64,000 bases of DNA, from contig JANQRW010000074.1 of assembly GCA_028284365.1 (NCBI GenBank), positions 12,886-76,885 of the forward strand. The letters are read 5' to 3'. The notes under the pieces were generated by a model, which was given only the letters and a program-made list of their open reading frames with translations, had not been told where the DNA came from and did not search any database. This stretch comes from Marinicella sp. (GTDB lineage: Bacteria; Pseudomonadota; Gammaproteobacteria; Xanthomonadales; Marinicellaceae). Within the stretch, counting starts at the first letter, position 1. Each line of letters opens with the position of its first letter. The position numbers were made by a program, and so were the translations under genes. This document shows, in pieces, positions 18,469 to 27,394 of the stretch.

Positions 18469-20669
18469 CACTAAGTACGGAAGACATCCTTAAAAACCTC
18501 AATGAAAACCAAACCAAAGCAGTCACCACCGATGCCCAACACGCGCTGGTGTTAGCTGGTGCTGGCAGCGGTAAAACCAGAGTCCTGGTACATCGAATCG
18601 CTTGGTTAATTTCTGCCGAGTTTGTATCACCATACAGCATCCTAGCCGTGACCTTTACTAACAAAGCTGCCGCTGAAATGCGCAATCGAATTGCCTTTAT
18701 GCTGAAACGCGAAATCCGGGATATGTGGATTGGTACTTTTCATGGTATCGCATTGAAATTACTACAAATCAACACCGAAGCAGCTGGTTTACCAAAGAAT
18801 TTTCAAATCTTAGACTCTGATGACCAATATCGCCTTATTCGAAGGTGTATAGCAGATTTGGAATTGGATGAAAAACAATGGCCGCCCCGGACCGTTCAAG
18901 CATTCATAAATGACAAGAAAAATGACGGCCTGCGAGCTCATGAGGTAGAGGACTATGGTGATTACAATAACCAAACCCTCATCAAGGTGTTTGGTCATTA
19001 TGATGACCACTGCCAGAGGGCTGGTTTGGTTGATTTTTCTGAAATGCTCCTCCGGGCACATGAGTTGTTGTTGAATGATGAGGCTGTGTTAAAAAAGTAC
19101 CGCCAACGCTTTTCCCATATTTTGGTGGATGAGTTTCAAGACACCAATGCCATTCAATCTGCCTTCATTCAATTATTGGCCGGTAAAAACAACAAAGTCC
19201 TGGTGGTAGGTGATGACGACCAATCGATTTACGCTTGGCGAGGAGCCAAAGTCGAACACATCCTTGAGTTCCAAACTTTATACCCCAACACCGCCATGTA
19301 TAAGCTGGAACAAAACTACCGTTCCACACAAAATATCCTGGATGCCGCCAATGGCGTGATCGCCAATAACAAAAAGCGTTTGGGTAAAGACCTTTGGTCA
19401 GCACAGGAAAAAGGCGATCTGGTGGCTGTATACGGTTCACATTCAGAATTCGATGAAGCCTTTTTTGTTGGTGAAACCATTGAGGGCCTGCTGTCTGAGG
19501 ATGCCCGTGCAGATGACATTGCGATTTTATACCGCTCCAATGCGCAGTCGCGACTGTTAGAGGAAGCCTTACTTAAAAGAAGCATTCCTTACCAAATTTA
19601 TGGTGGCTTGAGGTTCTTTGAACGACTCGAAATTAAAGATGTCCTGGCCTATGCACGCCTGGTTAACAACCGCCATGATGACATTGGTTTTGAGCGGGTC
19701 ATTAACACACCCACGCGAGGCATGGGCCTAAAAACCATTAACCTCATCCGCAATTATGCCCAAATGGAACAAAGCAGTTTATGGGAATCCGGTAAAAAGT
19801 TATTGAAAGCAGGTAAATTAAGTAACCGCGCTGCCACTTCTCTGGCCGCTTTCAATAATCTCATAGATGAATTGGAAGACAACAGTTTCAGTGGTGATGA
19901 CAACGAACAAAACCTGGCAAGCCTGTTCACAGACATCATTGAGCGTACTGCCCTGAAAGACCACTACCTCAAAGAACCACCAGAAAAGGCCCAAACACGT
20001 TTAGAAAACTTGGACGAACTCATCAATGCTGCCGAAATGTTTGAGGTCACCGATGAAGATTTGGCTTTGGGATTAACACCATTAGCCGCATTTTTGGCAC
20101 AGGTTAGTTTGGATGCTGGCGACACCACTCAGGTCAACGAACCACACGTACAGTTAATGACCTTACACTCAGCGAAGGGACTGGAGTTTCCTGCCGTCTT
20201 TATCGTGGGCATGGAACAAGGCCTGTTCCCACATCAGAACTCAATGGAAGATCATAATAAATTGCAGGAAGAACGCCGCTTGGCCTATGTCGGCATCACC
20301 CGTGCTGAAAAAAAACTGTTCCTCAGTTATGCCACATCACGGCGCATGCGTGGCAAGATCAATGCCTGTCAGCCCTCACAATTCCTGCGTGAGATTCCAA
20401 AAGAACTGATCAAACAAATGCGCGGCAACATCCACCCAGCGACAACTTACAGCAGCCATACACCCATCAAAACGCCTTACCAATCCCAAACCCAGAACAC
20501 CAATGACTCACCCTACCAACTGGGTCAAACAGTCAAACACAAAAGCTTCGGCGAAGGTGTTATCACCGACATGAGCGGCAAAGGCGATTACCTGCAAGTC
20601 CTGGTTCAGTTTAACGACTTCGGCCCCAAGGTACTGGCTGTCAAATTTGCCAAATTAGAGATTGTTTGA
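18465..20669 (+). CDS. uvrD: DNA helicase II (UvrD/PcrA family)
   Basis: LNENQ..AV, AGAGSGKT (Walker A), VDEFQDTN, VGDDDQSIYAWRGA, LEQNYRS, TLHSAKGLEF, RLAYVGITRA, and a C-terminal Tudor-like tail G..V.H..FGEG. Confidence 0.93.
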   Translation: MTLSTEDILKNLNENQTKAVTTDAQHALVLAGAGSGKTRVLVHRIAWLISAEFVSPYSILAVTFTNKAAAEMRNRIAFMLKREIRDMWIGTFHGIALKLLQINTEAAGLPKNFQILDSDDQYRLIRRCIADLELDEKQWPPRTVQAFINDKKNDGLRAHEVEDYGDYNNQTLIKVFGHYDDHCQRAGLVDFSEMLLRAHELLLNDEAVLKKYRQRFSHILVDEFQDTNAIQSAFIQLLAGKNNKVLVVGDDDQSIYAWRGAKVEHILEFQTLYPNTAMYKLEQNYRSTQNILDAANGVIANNKKRLGKDLWSAQEKGDLVAVYGSHSEFDEAFFVGETIEGLLSEDARADDIAILYRSNAQSRLLEEALLKRSIPYQIYGGLRFFERLEIKDVLAYARLVNNRHDDIGFERVINTPTRGMGLKTINLIRNYAQMEQSSLWESGKKLLKAGKLSNRAATSLAAFNNLIDELEDNSFSGDDNEQNLASLFTDIIERTALKDHYLKEPPEKAQTRLENLDELINAAEMFEVTDEDLALGLTPLAAFLAQVSLDAGDTTQVNEPHVQLMTLHSAKGLEFPAVFIVGMEQGLFPHQNSMEDHNKLQEERRLAYVGITRAEKKLFLSYATSRRMRGKINACQPSQFLREIPKELIKQMRGNIHPATTYSSHTPIKTPYQSQTQNTNDSPYQLGQTVKHKSFGEGVITDMSGKGDYLQVLVQFNDFGPKVLAVKFAKLEIV

Positions 20670-20717
20670 TTACAAAAAACTGAGCAGCCTATGTTATAGA
20701 TTGACAAATCTCTGCTG

Positions 20718-20843
20718 ATTGTCATCCTCGGGCTTGATTCGGGGATCCATTTTCAAACGAAACTATTGAGTAATTTCATCAAACAAGCCTTTCCAATTGG
20801 AGTTACTGGCAATGGCTCCCCCAGCTCAAACCCGAGGACAATG
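20718..20843. mobile_element. MITE-like element, copy B (about 126 bp)
   Basis: Left arm ATTGTCATCCTCGGGCTTGATTCGGGGATCC. Reverse complement of the right end: ATTGTCCTCGGGTTTGAGCTGGGGGAGCC. Same arm family as 6136-6323. Confidence 0.55.
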
Positions 20844-21007
20844 GATTATCCGGTCTTGATCTCTGATCCTGTCTCGATTCTAAGGCTTACCTCCATGTAA
20901 ACCAAGCCGAATAATGACCGTAGCCAGAGCAGTTTTACAGGACACCAGCTCGAACCAATCAACTGGCGGTCACAGAAAGTAATTCTGCTAATTCCAACAA
21001 CAACATT

Positions 21008-21026
21008 GCAAACAAGAATCATTATC
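21008..21026. promoter_or_regulatory. candidate Fur box upstream of fbpA
   Basis: GCAAACAAGAATCATTATC matches GATAATGATAATCATTATC at 14 of 19 positions, and the 3' half is 10 of 10. It lies 38 nt upstream of the ATG. Confidence 0.5.
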
Positions 21027-21063
21027 AATTAAAATAAGCCCTTTTTTGTAATTGGCAAAACTT

Positions 21064-22098
21064 ATGCAATCATTCCGCCTCATAAAAACCACATTCTTTT
21101 TAGTTGCTACAGGCGTTCTTCTCGGCGGTTGTGCTGAAGTGGCTGACCCTGAAGTCAATGTATACTCCTCACGTAAAGAAGCCTTGATTAAACCTGTCTT
21201 GGACAAATTCACTGCGGCCACTGGTATTAAAGTGAATTTAGTCACTGGTAAGGATGATGCTTTGATTGAAAGGCTGAAAGCAGAAGGCGCAGCCTCACCA
21301 GCCGATGTATTGATTACGGTAGACGCAGGTCGCTTATACCGCGCTAAATCTTACGGATTGACACAAGCAGTTGAGAGTGATGCCTTACAAACAGCCATTC
21401 CCGCAGCATTCAGAGACCCTGAAAATCATTGGTTTGGTTTATCCTTACGTGCACGCCCAATCATGTATGCTAAAAATCGAGTCAACCCGAATGATTTACA
21501 AAACTATGCTTCCTTGACTGATGAGCAGTGGTTTGGCAAGGTTTGTATACGTTCGTCAGAAAATATTTACAACCAGTCATTGGTTGCTTCCATGGTGGCC
21601 AGCCTTGGTACTGAGGCTGTTGCAAACTGGGCTGCTGGTCTGGTTAATAACTTTGCCCGAAAACCAGTCGGTGGTGATCGTGACCAAATCAAAGCAGTGG
21701 CAGCTGGTCAATGTGATGTGGCCGTGGCCAATACCTATTATTTATTTGGCATGCTACAATCAGGTGATCCTGAGCAACTGGCTGCCGCTGAACAAATCGG
21801 CGTTTTTTGGCCTAACCAAAATGATCGCGGTACTCATGTGAATGTTTCTGGCATTGCAGTGACGAAGGCAGCCAAAAACAAGGAACATGCACAACAATTA
21901 CTGGAGTTTTTGGCTCAAGATGACACCCAAAGCTGGTATGCCAACGTCAACGGTGAATACCCGGTTAAAGCTGGCATTGAGGCACATCCTTTGTTAATCA
22001 AATGGGGTGGGTTTAAAAAAGATGCGCTGAATTTATCAAAATTAGGTGAATTAAACAGCGAAGCAGTTAAAATCATGGATCGGGCTGGCTGGCCATGA
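21064..22098 (+). CDS. fbpA: Fe(3+) ABC transporter substrate-binding protein
   Basis: Signal/lipobox LLGGC, then VNVYSSRKEALIKPVLDKF...GIKV, which is typical of FbpA/AfuA/HitA-type iron-binding proteins. The ATG at 21064 is preferred over the TTG at 21052. Confidence 0.85.
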   Translation: MQSFRLIKTTFFLVATGVLLGGCAEVADPEVNVYSSRKEALIKPVLDKFTAATGIKVNLVTGKDDALIERLKAEGAASPADVLITVDAGRLYRAKSYGLTQAVESDALQTAIPAAFRDPENHWFGLSLRARPIMYAKNRVNPNDLQNYASLTDEQWFGKVCIRSSENIYNQSLVASMVASLGTEAVANWAAGLVNNFARKPVGGDRDQIKAVAAGQCDVAVANTYYLFGMLQSGDPEQLAAAEQIGVFWPNQNDRGTHVNVSGIAVTKAAKNKEHAQQLLEFLAQDDTQSWYANVNGEYPVKAGIEAHPLLIKWGGFKKDALNLSKLGELNSEAVKIMDRAGWP

Positions 22099-22178
22099 AT
22101 GAATAAATGATTCAAAACAGTCATTACTCGGCTGCCTACAAAGCAGCCGAGTAATGCTTTCTTTTGTTTATTCATTCA
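22096..22178 (+). terminator. two-tier hairpin between fbpA and fbpB (intra-operon attenuator/stabiliser)
   Basis: Inner 14-bp perfect stem CATTACTCGGCTGC/GCAGCCGAGTAATG (22122-22156) followed by CTTTCTTTTGTTT. Outer 12-bp perfect repeat TGAATGAATAAA/TTTATTCATTCA (22096-22107 and 22167-22178). Confidence 0.6.
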
Positions 22179-22213
22179 CATCAGGCATCCTTTATTAATA
22201 ACAACACATCGAT

Positions 22214-23851
22214 TTGAATCAACAACCACATCATTCGCATAAACTCATCTGGCTGCTGGCGCTGTTCTTTGGCTTACCTTTCTTTGCCTTGTTGTTGAAG
22301 TTATTAACACCTGAAGCCGCCATTTGGCTACACTTGATTGATACGGTTCTGCCCACTTACCTTACCCAATCACTATTACTGTTGTTTTGGGTCGCCTGGG
22401 GAACCCTCATCATCGGTGTCAGTACCGCTTGGCTGATAGCCAGTTATTCTTTTCCCGGACACCGTTATTATCAATGGCTGTTAATTCTGCCCATGTCGAT
22501 GCCAGCCTACATCGTCGCCTATGCCTTTACCTGGTGGCTGGATGTGGCAGGGCCATTACAAAGTGCCCTCAGAGCCATGTCTGGCTGGTCGTTCAATGAT
22601 TATTATTTTCCTAATATCCGTTCTTTTGGTGGTGCGGTATTGGTATTAACGCTGGTGCTTTATCCGTACGTTTATCTGTTGGCACGCGCTTCATTCCAAC
22701 AACAATCCAAACGACTGCTTGAAGCGCATCAATTGTCCGGCGGTAAACCAAAAACCTTCTTTTATCGCATCGCTTTACCTTTGGCAAGACCCGCTATTTT
22801 TGGTGGTTTGGCTTTGGTGATGATGGAAACACTGGCTGATTATGGCACCGTACAATATTTTGGTGTTAACACGTTAACCACTGGCATTTTGAAAACCTGG
22901 TTCGGTTTGGCTTCGCTCAGTGGTGCGGCCCAAATCGCTTGCATTTTGTTGGTTATGGTTATTCTCATCATGCTGCTAGAGAAAGTTTGGCGCGGACAAT
23001 CCAAATACGATGTCGCCAACAGCAGCATACAATCACATGTTAAACCCGCTTTATCCGGGCACAAACGCTGGCTGGCCAGTTTTTGGTGTCTGTCTATTAT
23101 TACCCTGGGGTTTTTCTTACCACTTCTGTTGTTATTTATCATGGCTTTAAAATCACAAATAAGCAACTGGTGGCATGAATTCTTTGCGGTTACCATTGAT
23201 ACACTCTGGGTTGCTGGGCTGGCAGCACTACTAACCGTGACCACTGCCTTGTTGTTGATGTATGTCAAACGCAGCAGTCAGCAACGCAGCTTGCATCGAC
23301 TGATCCAAGCCATGAGCCTGGGTTACGCCATTCCAGGGTTGGTGATTGCTGTTGGTGTAACCATTGCTTTTGGTTGGTTAGACCAAGTCTATAACTGGAT
23401 CAGAACTTATTTCTCTGATGCCCCAGCCGCACTGTTGTTCAATGGCGGTTTCTTGGCTTTAATCACGGCCTATGTGATGCGTTTTCTTGCTGTTGCCATA
23501 CAGCCTTTGGATGCAGCCTACCAAAGCATTAAAACCAATTTAGATGAAGCCAGTTTGCTCACCGGCAAGAATAACGCACAAACCTTTCGCCATATTCACC
23601 TGCCTTTATTAAAAAGTAGCATGTGGACAGCGATGCTGTTGGTTTTTGTGGATCTATTGAAAGAGCTGCCTGCTACTTTGGTACTGCGTCCCTTTAATTT
23701 CAATACCTTAGCAGTCAAGGCCTATGAACTGGCATCAGATGAACGCCTCGCTGATGCTGCCATTCCCGCACTGAGTATCGTTGCCGTGGGGGTGATACCT
23801 GTGTTATTGTTAAACCAAAGAATCAATGCTGCCCATGACAACAACGCTTAA
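22214..23851 (+). CDS. fbpB: Fe(3+) ABC transporter permease (duplicated permease domains)
   Basis: 545 aa and about 12 hydrophobic helices in two similar halves, each with an EAA-like loop (LEAHQLSGGKP.. and LDEASLLTGKN..). TTG start. Confidence 0.85.
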   Translation: MNQQPHHSHKLIWLLALFFGLPFFALLLKLLTPEAAIWLHLIDTVLPTYLTQSLLLLFWVAWGTLIIGVSTAWLIASYSFPGHRYYQWLLILPMSMPAYIVAYAFTWWLDVAGPLQSALRAMSGWSFNDYYFPNIRSFGGAVLVLTLVLYPYVYLLARASFQQQSKRLLEAHQLSGGKPKTFFYRIALPLARPAIFGGLALVMMETLADYGTVQYFGVNTLTTGILKTWFGLASLSGAAQIACILLVMVILIMLLEKVWRGQSKYDVANSSIQSHVKPALSGHKRWLASFWCLSIITLGFFLPLLLLFIMALKSQISNWWHEFFAVTIDTLWVAGLAALLTVTTALLLMYVKRSSQQRSLHRLIQAMSLGYAIPGLVIAVGVTIAFGWLDQVYNWIRTYFSDAPAALLFNGGFLALITAYVMRFLAVAIQPLDAAYQSIKTNLDEASLLTGKNNAQTFRHIHLPLLKSSMWTAMLLVFVDLLKELPATLVLRPFNFNTLAVKAYELASDERLADAAIPALSIVAVGVIPVLLLNQRINAAHDNNA

Positions 23852-24878
23852 ACTCAACTCTATCGCCTTTACATACGAGCATCAACCAGTACTTAATGAC
23901 ATCAGCTTAACTGTTAAAACTGGCCAGATTGCCTGTCTGCTAGGACCCAGTGGTTGTGGTAAGAGTACCTTGTTGCGTTTGATTGCCGGCTTTGAAAAGC
24001 CACAAGCCGGTGAGATATACATTGCAGATCATTTAGTGGCCAATCAACAACAAGCCACCTCGCCACAAAACCGTCAAGTGGGTATGTTATTTCAGGATTT
24101 GGCATTATTTCCCCACTTAACAGTCGCCGAAAACATCACCTTTGGTTTACATAAACTCAATAAAAACAAACAACAGCAACGTGTTGATGAATTGTTGGAA
24201 CTGTGCTGCTTGCAAGCATTCAGTTCACGTTACCCACACCAGTTATCAGGAGGACAATGTCAAAGAGTTGCCTTAGCCCGAGCCATGGCACCTAGGCCTA
24301 AACTGATACTGTTAGATGAGCCTTTTTCCAGTGTAGAGACCGGTTTACAAAGTCAACTGGTGCACGAAGTCAAAACCATGCTACAAGCTGATAATTCTAC
24401 CGCACTGTGGGTAACCCACAGCTTAGATGAAGCTTTTGCCGTCGCTGATCAAATGGGTGTCATGCTCGGCGGCCAGTTATTGCAGTGGTCAAAACCTAAC
24501 AAGCTCTATGAAAACCCAGAACATCCAGATGTTATCAGGTTCCTTAACCACGCCAACTTGATTTCCTGTCAGATCAATGAAAATGGTCAATCAGAATCAT
24601 CATTAGGACAGTTTGAATTAGAAAACCACCAACAATTCAAGCACGGAGACCAAGTCAAAACCGGAATCAATAAACGCAGCATATATATCAATGAAAGCGA
24701 AGCTTTTAACGCCACTGTTATTAACTCAGTTTATCAAGGTGGTCAGTATTTGGTTGTTGCAACGTTAAGTAACGGTGATGCTGTTGAGTTTTTCAACCAA
24801 GACAACATTGAAACTGGTCACAGGATCTGCTTAAAAGCAAGAGTAAACCAACCCATTAAAAGCTTCAAAACAAACTGA
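23826..24878 (+). CDS. fbpC: Fe(3+) ABC transporter ATP-binding protein
   Basis: Walker A GPSGCGKST, Q-loop, signature LSGGQCQRV, Walker B LILLDEP, and a C-terminal TOBE-like domain. Confidence 0.9.
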   Translation: MLPMTTTLKLNSIAFTYEHQPVLNDISLTVKTGQIACLLGPSGCGKSTLLRLIAGFEKPQAGEIYIADHLVANQQQATSPQNRQVGMLFQDLALFPHLTVAENITFGLHKLNKNKQQQRVDELLELCCLQAFSSRYPHQLSGGQCQRVALARAMAPRPKLILLDEPFSSVETGLQSQLVHEVKTMLQADNSTALWVTHSLDEAFAVADQMGVMLGGQLLQWSKPNKLYENPEHPDVIRFLNHANLISCQINENGQSESSLGQFELENHQQFKHGDQVKTGINKRSIYINESEAFNATVINSVYQGGQYLVVATLSNGDAVEFFNQDNIETGHRICLKARVNQPIKSFKTN

Positions 24879-24893
24879 TCCATATCAGACCAA

Positions 24894-24926
24894 CCAAAAA
24901 AACAGCCATGATGGATGTCATGGCTG
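24894..24926 (-). terminator. intrinsic terminator of the TonB-dependent receptor gene
   Basis: 9-bp perfect stem CAGCCATGA/TCATGGCTG (24903-24926). On the minus strand it is followed by a U-run (the plus strand A7 at 24894-24902). Confidence 0.65.
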
Positions 24927-25004
24927 AATCATTGCGGTAACAGGAGGTGTTACCTAAGGGGTTAGATGCAATATCACCCAGATATCTTTTGGCTCTGATA
25001 ATAA

Positions 25005-27179
25005 TCAGAAGCGCCAATGAGCTGTCAGACGTGCATTCAAAGGCGCGCCTACGGTAACCTGATGGGTGCTGTGCGAATTGGGAAAGTACAGTTCATCGGT
25101 CAGGTTTTCCACATTCAATTGTAAACTGAATGAATCAGTAACATCATAGTATGCGGCCGCATCAACTCTGGTATAACTCGGCAATACCGCTGTGTTGCTG
25201 TTGTTGATAAAACTTTCATCCTGATAGGTCAGACCCAAACCAAAACCAAACTGATCTGTTACTCTGAAGTTATTCCAAATCGAAAACATGTTCTCAGGCA
25301 ACTCACGAGGACGCAACCCGGTGTCACCAGAACGGTTGACTTGTTCGCCATCCAAATAACTGTAACCAGCCGAAACATACCAAACTTCATTCACCTGCCC
25401 TTTCAATTGCATTTCGAAACCACTGATCTCGGAGTCGATCACATCCAAAGTGGCAGGGTCATTATCAGCCACTTGCGGAGCGCTTTGTTCAATCTCAAAA
25501 ACTGCTGCTGTGAAGCTCATGCCTTGGTTGAAATCCCACTTCAACCCTGCTTCCAGATTGGTGAATGTATTCGGATCCAGTTGATTGTTACTGCCATTGA
25601 TGTTGGCGAATTGCTCACCACTTCTGGGTAAGAACGATTCACTGTAACTACCGTACAATGAGACCTCTTCTTTGGGTTTATAAACCAAGCCCAAACGCGG
25701 AGAAATTTCTTCATCTTTACGAGAACGGGTTTCGTCAGCCACCACATTGAATACTGTGATATCAAAGCTGTCAAAACGGGCACCTAGTACCAAGTCCAAC
25801 TGATCAGTGATTTGTATTTCATCTTGTATAAACGCTGAAAACACATCTATATCAACACGGGTGTCATCGTTTAAATCAAGCGTAAAATCATTGACAGTTG
25901 GGTTACCTGCTGCGTTTACACCAAGACCACCTCTTAAATTTAAAGGCCGGTTAATCAGGAACGACTCATTGTCATCCATCGTCACATCCCAAAAAGAATT
26001 GTAGCGATTTTGATCTGAAGCAGTGTCAATGAACTCCACACCAGCAATCAACGTGTGTACAACGTCACCTGTATAAAACTCACCAATCAAGTTACCAGAT
26101 AATATGAAATTCTCTCTTTGTGTGGTATCTACATAGCCGTCCAAAGTCACCACATCTGGGTTGTTGGCTTGGTCATAAGCAGATGCATAAAAGTTCTGAT
26201 AGAGCTTATCGTAATCACCATAAAAGGCACTGAAGTTACCTTTCAGGCTGTCCGTGAAGTTATGTTGTAAAGCCGCTCTGAACAGATGAGCTTCAATGTC
26301 ATTGATATTAAGTTCCGGATCCCCGAAAACAACCTCTTCAAAAGCTTCAACTGGGCGCCCATTGGTGCCTGTTGGAATACCGCGATCAATGAACCTTTCA
26401 TGGTCAATGTACTCGTAGGATAAATCCAAAGTGGTGTCATCTGAGAACATAAACTTGGCAGTTGGGTTAAAACCCACACGATCACCATCGTAAAAATCAC
26501 GGTGGTTCTCTAAGGTTTCGAACATGGCATTGATGCGGAAAGCTGCGGTATCGCTGCTGGAAAAATTACTGTCAATCTGAACTGCATAACCACCGAATGA
26601 ATCCACACTGCCTTGCAAGGTATTGAATGATTCTCCAATAACACCTTTTTTAGTTACTCGATTCAATATACCACCGGTACCACCTCTACCGAACAACAAA
26701 GCATTAGGACCACGCAGAATTTCAACTTGTTCCAAATTATACAAAGGACGGTAATACTGAACATCATCACGCATGCCATCGATGAAAAAGTCAGCTGTGG
26801 ATCTGACTCCACGAAAGACCACCGAATCTCGGTGACCTTCACCCTGAGATGTATTCACTCCAGGGGTGTAATCAATGATGTCACCGACGCTGTCAAAGCC
26901 TCGAGCTGAAATCTGTTCAGCTGTGATGATGGACAAGCTTTGTGGCACATCAATGATTGGTGTAGGTGTTCTTAAAGCATTAACCTGGTCTGAGTACAAT
27001 ACATTACCCACCACCACAAGTTTCTCCAAATCAGATTCAGCAGCAGCTTCTGTTTGGCTTAGATTGCTATCGATTTCATCTTTTTCATCTGCCGAAGAAG
27101 TTTGTGCAATCGTAAGCGTTGAAAAAAGTAGGGTGCAAAACCCAACAGTTCTTAGCACGGTATTAGATAAATTGGTCAT
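25005..27179 (-). CDS. TonB-dependent outer membrane receptor (iron/siderophore type)
   Basis: Signal peptide, TonB-box-like LEKLVVVGN, plug motifs (IRGF, VEILRGPNALLFG), a long beta-barrel, and a C-terminal ...LTAHWRF. The ATG at 27179 is preferred over the TTG at 27194. Confidence 0.9.
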   Translation of the reverse strand: MTNLSNTVLRTVGFCTLLFSTLTIAQTSSADEKDEIDSNLSQTEAAAESDLEKLVVVGNVLYSDQVNALRTPTPIIDVPQSLSIITAEQISARGFDSVGDIIDYTPGVNTSQGEGHRDSVVFRGVRSTADFFIDGMRDDVQYYRPLYNLEQVEILRGPNALLFGRGGTGGILNRVTKKGVIGESFNTLQGSVDSFGGYAVQIDSNFSSSDTAAFRINAMFETLENHRDFYDGDRVGFNPTAKFMFSDDTTLDLSYEYIDHERFIDRGIPTGTNGRPVEAFEEVVFGDPELNINDIEAHLFRAALQHNFTDSLKGNFSAFYGDYDKLYQNFYASAYDQANNPDVVTLDGYVDTTQRENFILSGNLIGEFYTGDVVHTLIAGVEFIDTASDQNRYNSFWDVTMDDNESFLINRPLNLRGGLGVNAAGNPTVNDFTLDLNDDTRVDIDVFSAFIQDEIQITDQLDLVLGARFDSFDITVFNVVADETRSRKDEEISPRLGLVYKPKEEVSLYGSYSESFLPRSGEQFANINGSNNQLDPNTFTNLEAGLKWDFNQGMSFTAAVFEIEQSAPQVADNDPATLDVIDSEISGFEMQLKGQVNEVWYVSAGYSYLDGEQVNRSGDTGLRPRELPENMFSIWNNFRVTDQFGFGLGLTYQDESFINNSNTAVLPSYTRVDAAAYYDVTDSFSLQLNVENLTDELYFPNSHSTHQVTVGAPLNARLTAHWRF

Positions 27180-27213
27180 TTTGAATTCAGTCAATTATAA
27201 AAATAACGCGAAT

Positions 27214-27232
27214 TATAATGATAATAAGAACT
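27214..27232. promoter_or_regulatory. candidate Fur box upstream of the TonB-dependent receptor
   Basis: TATAATGATAATAAGAACT matches the 19-bp Fur consensus at 13 of 19 positions. An additional ATTATC hexamer lies just downstream. The site is 35 nt upstream of the start codon. Confidence 0.5.
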
Positions 27233-27394
27233 ATTATCAATTACAAAATTATAAATAATTCATTCAAAGGTACAAAACTAAGCCCCATGACATGAAAACC
27301 AGTCACATCATCGACCAATGGTCATTGATACTAATCCAAGAATGGAAGGGCTGCTCACAGCACAACTGATTTTTACATACACTCAAAAACCACT

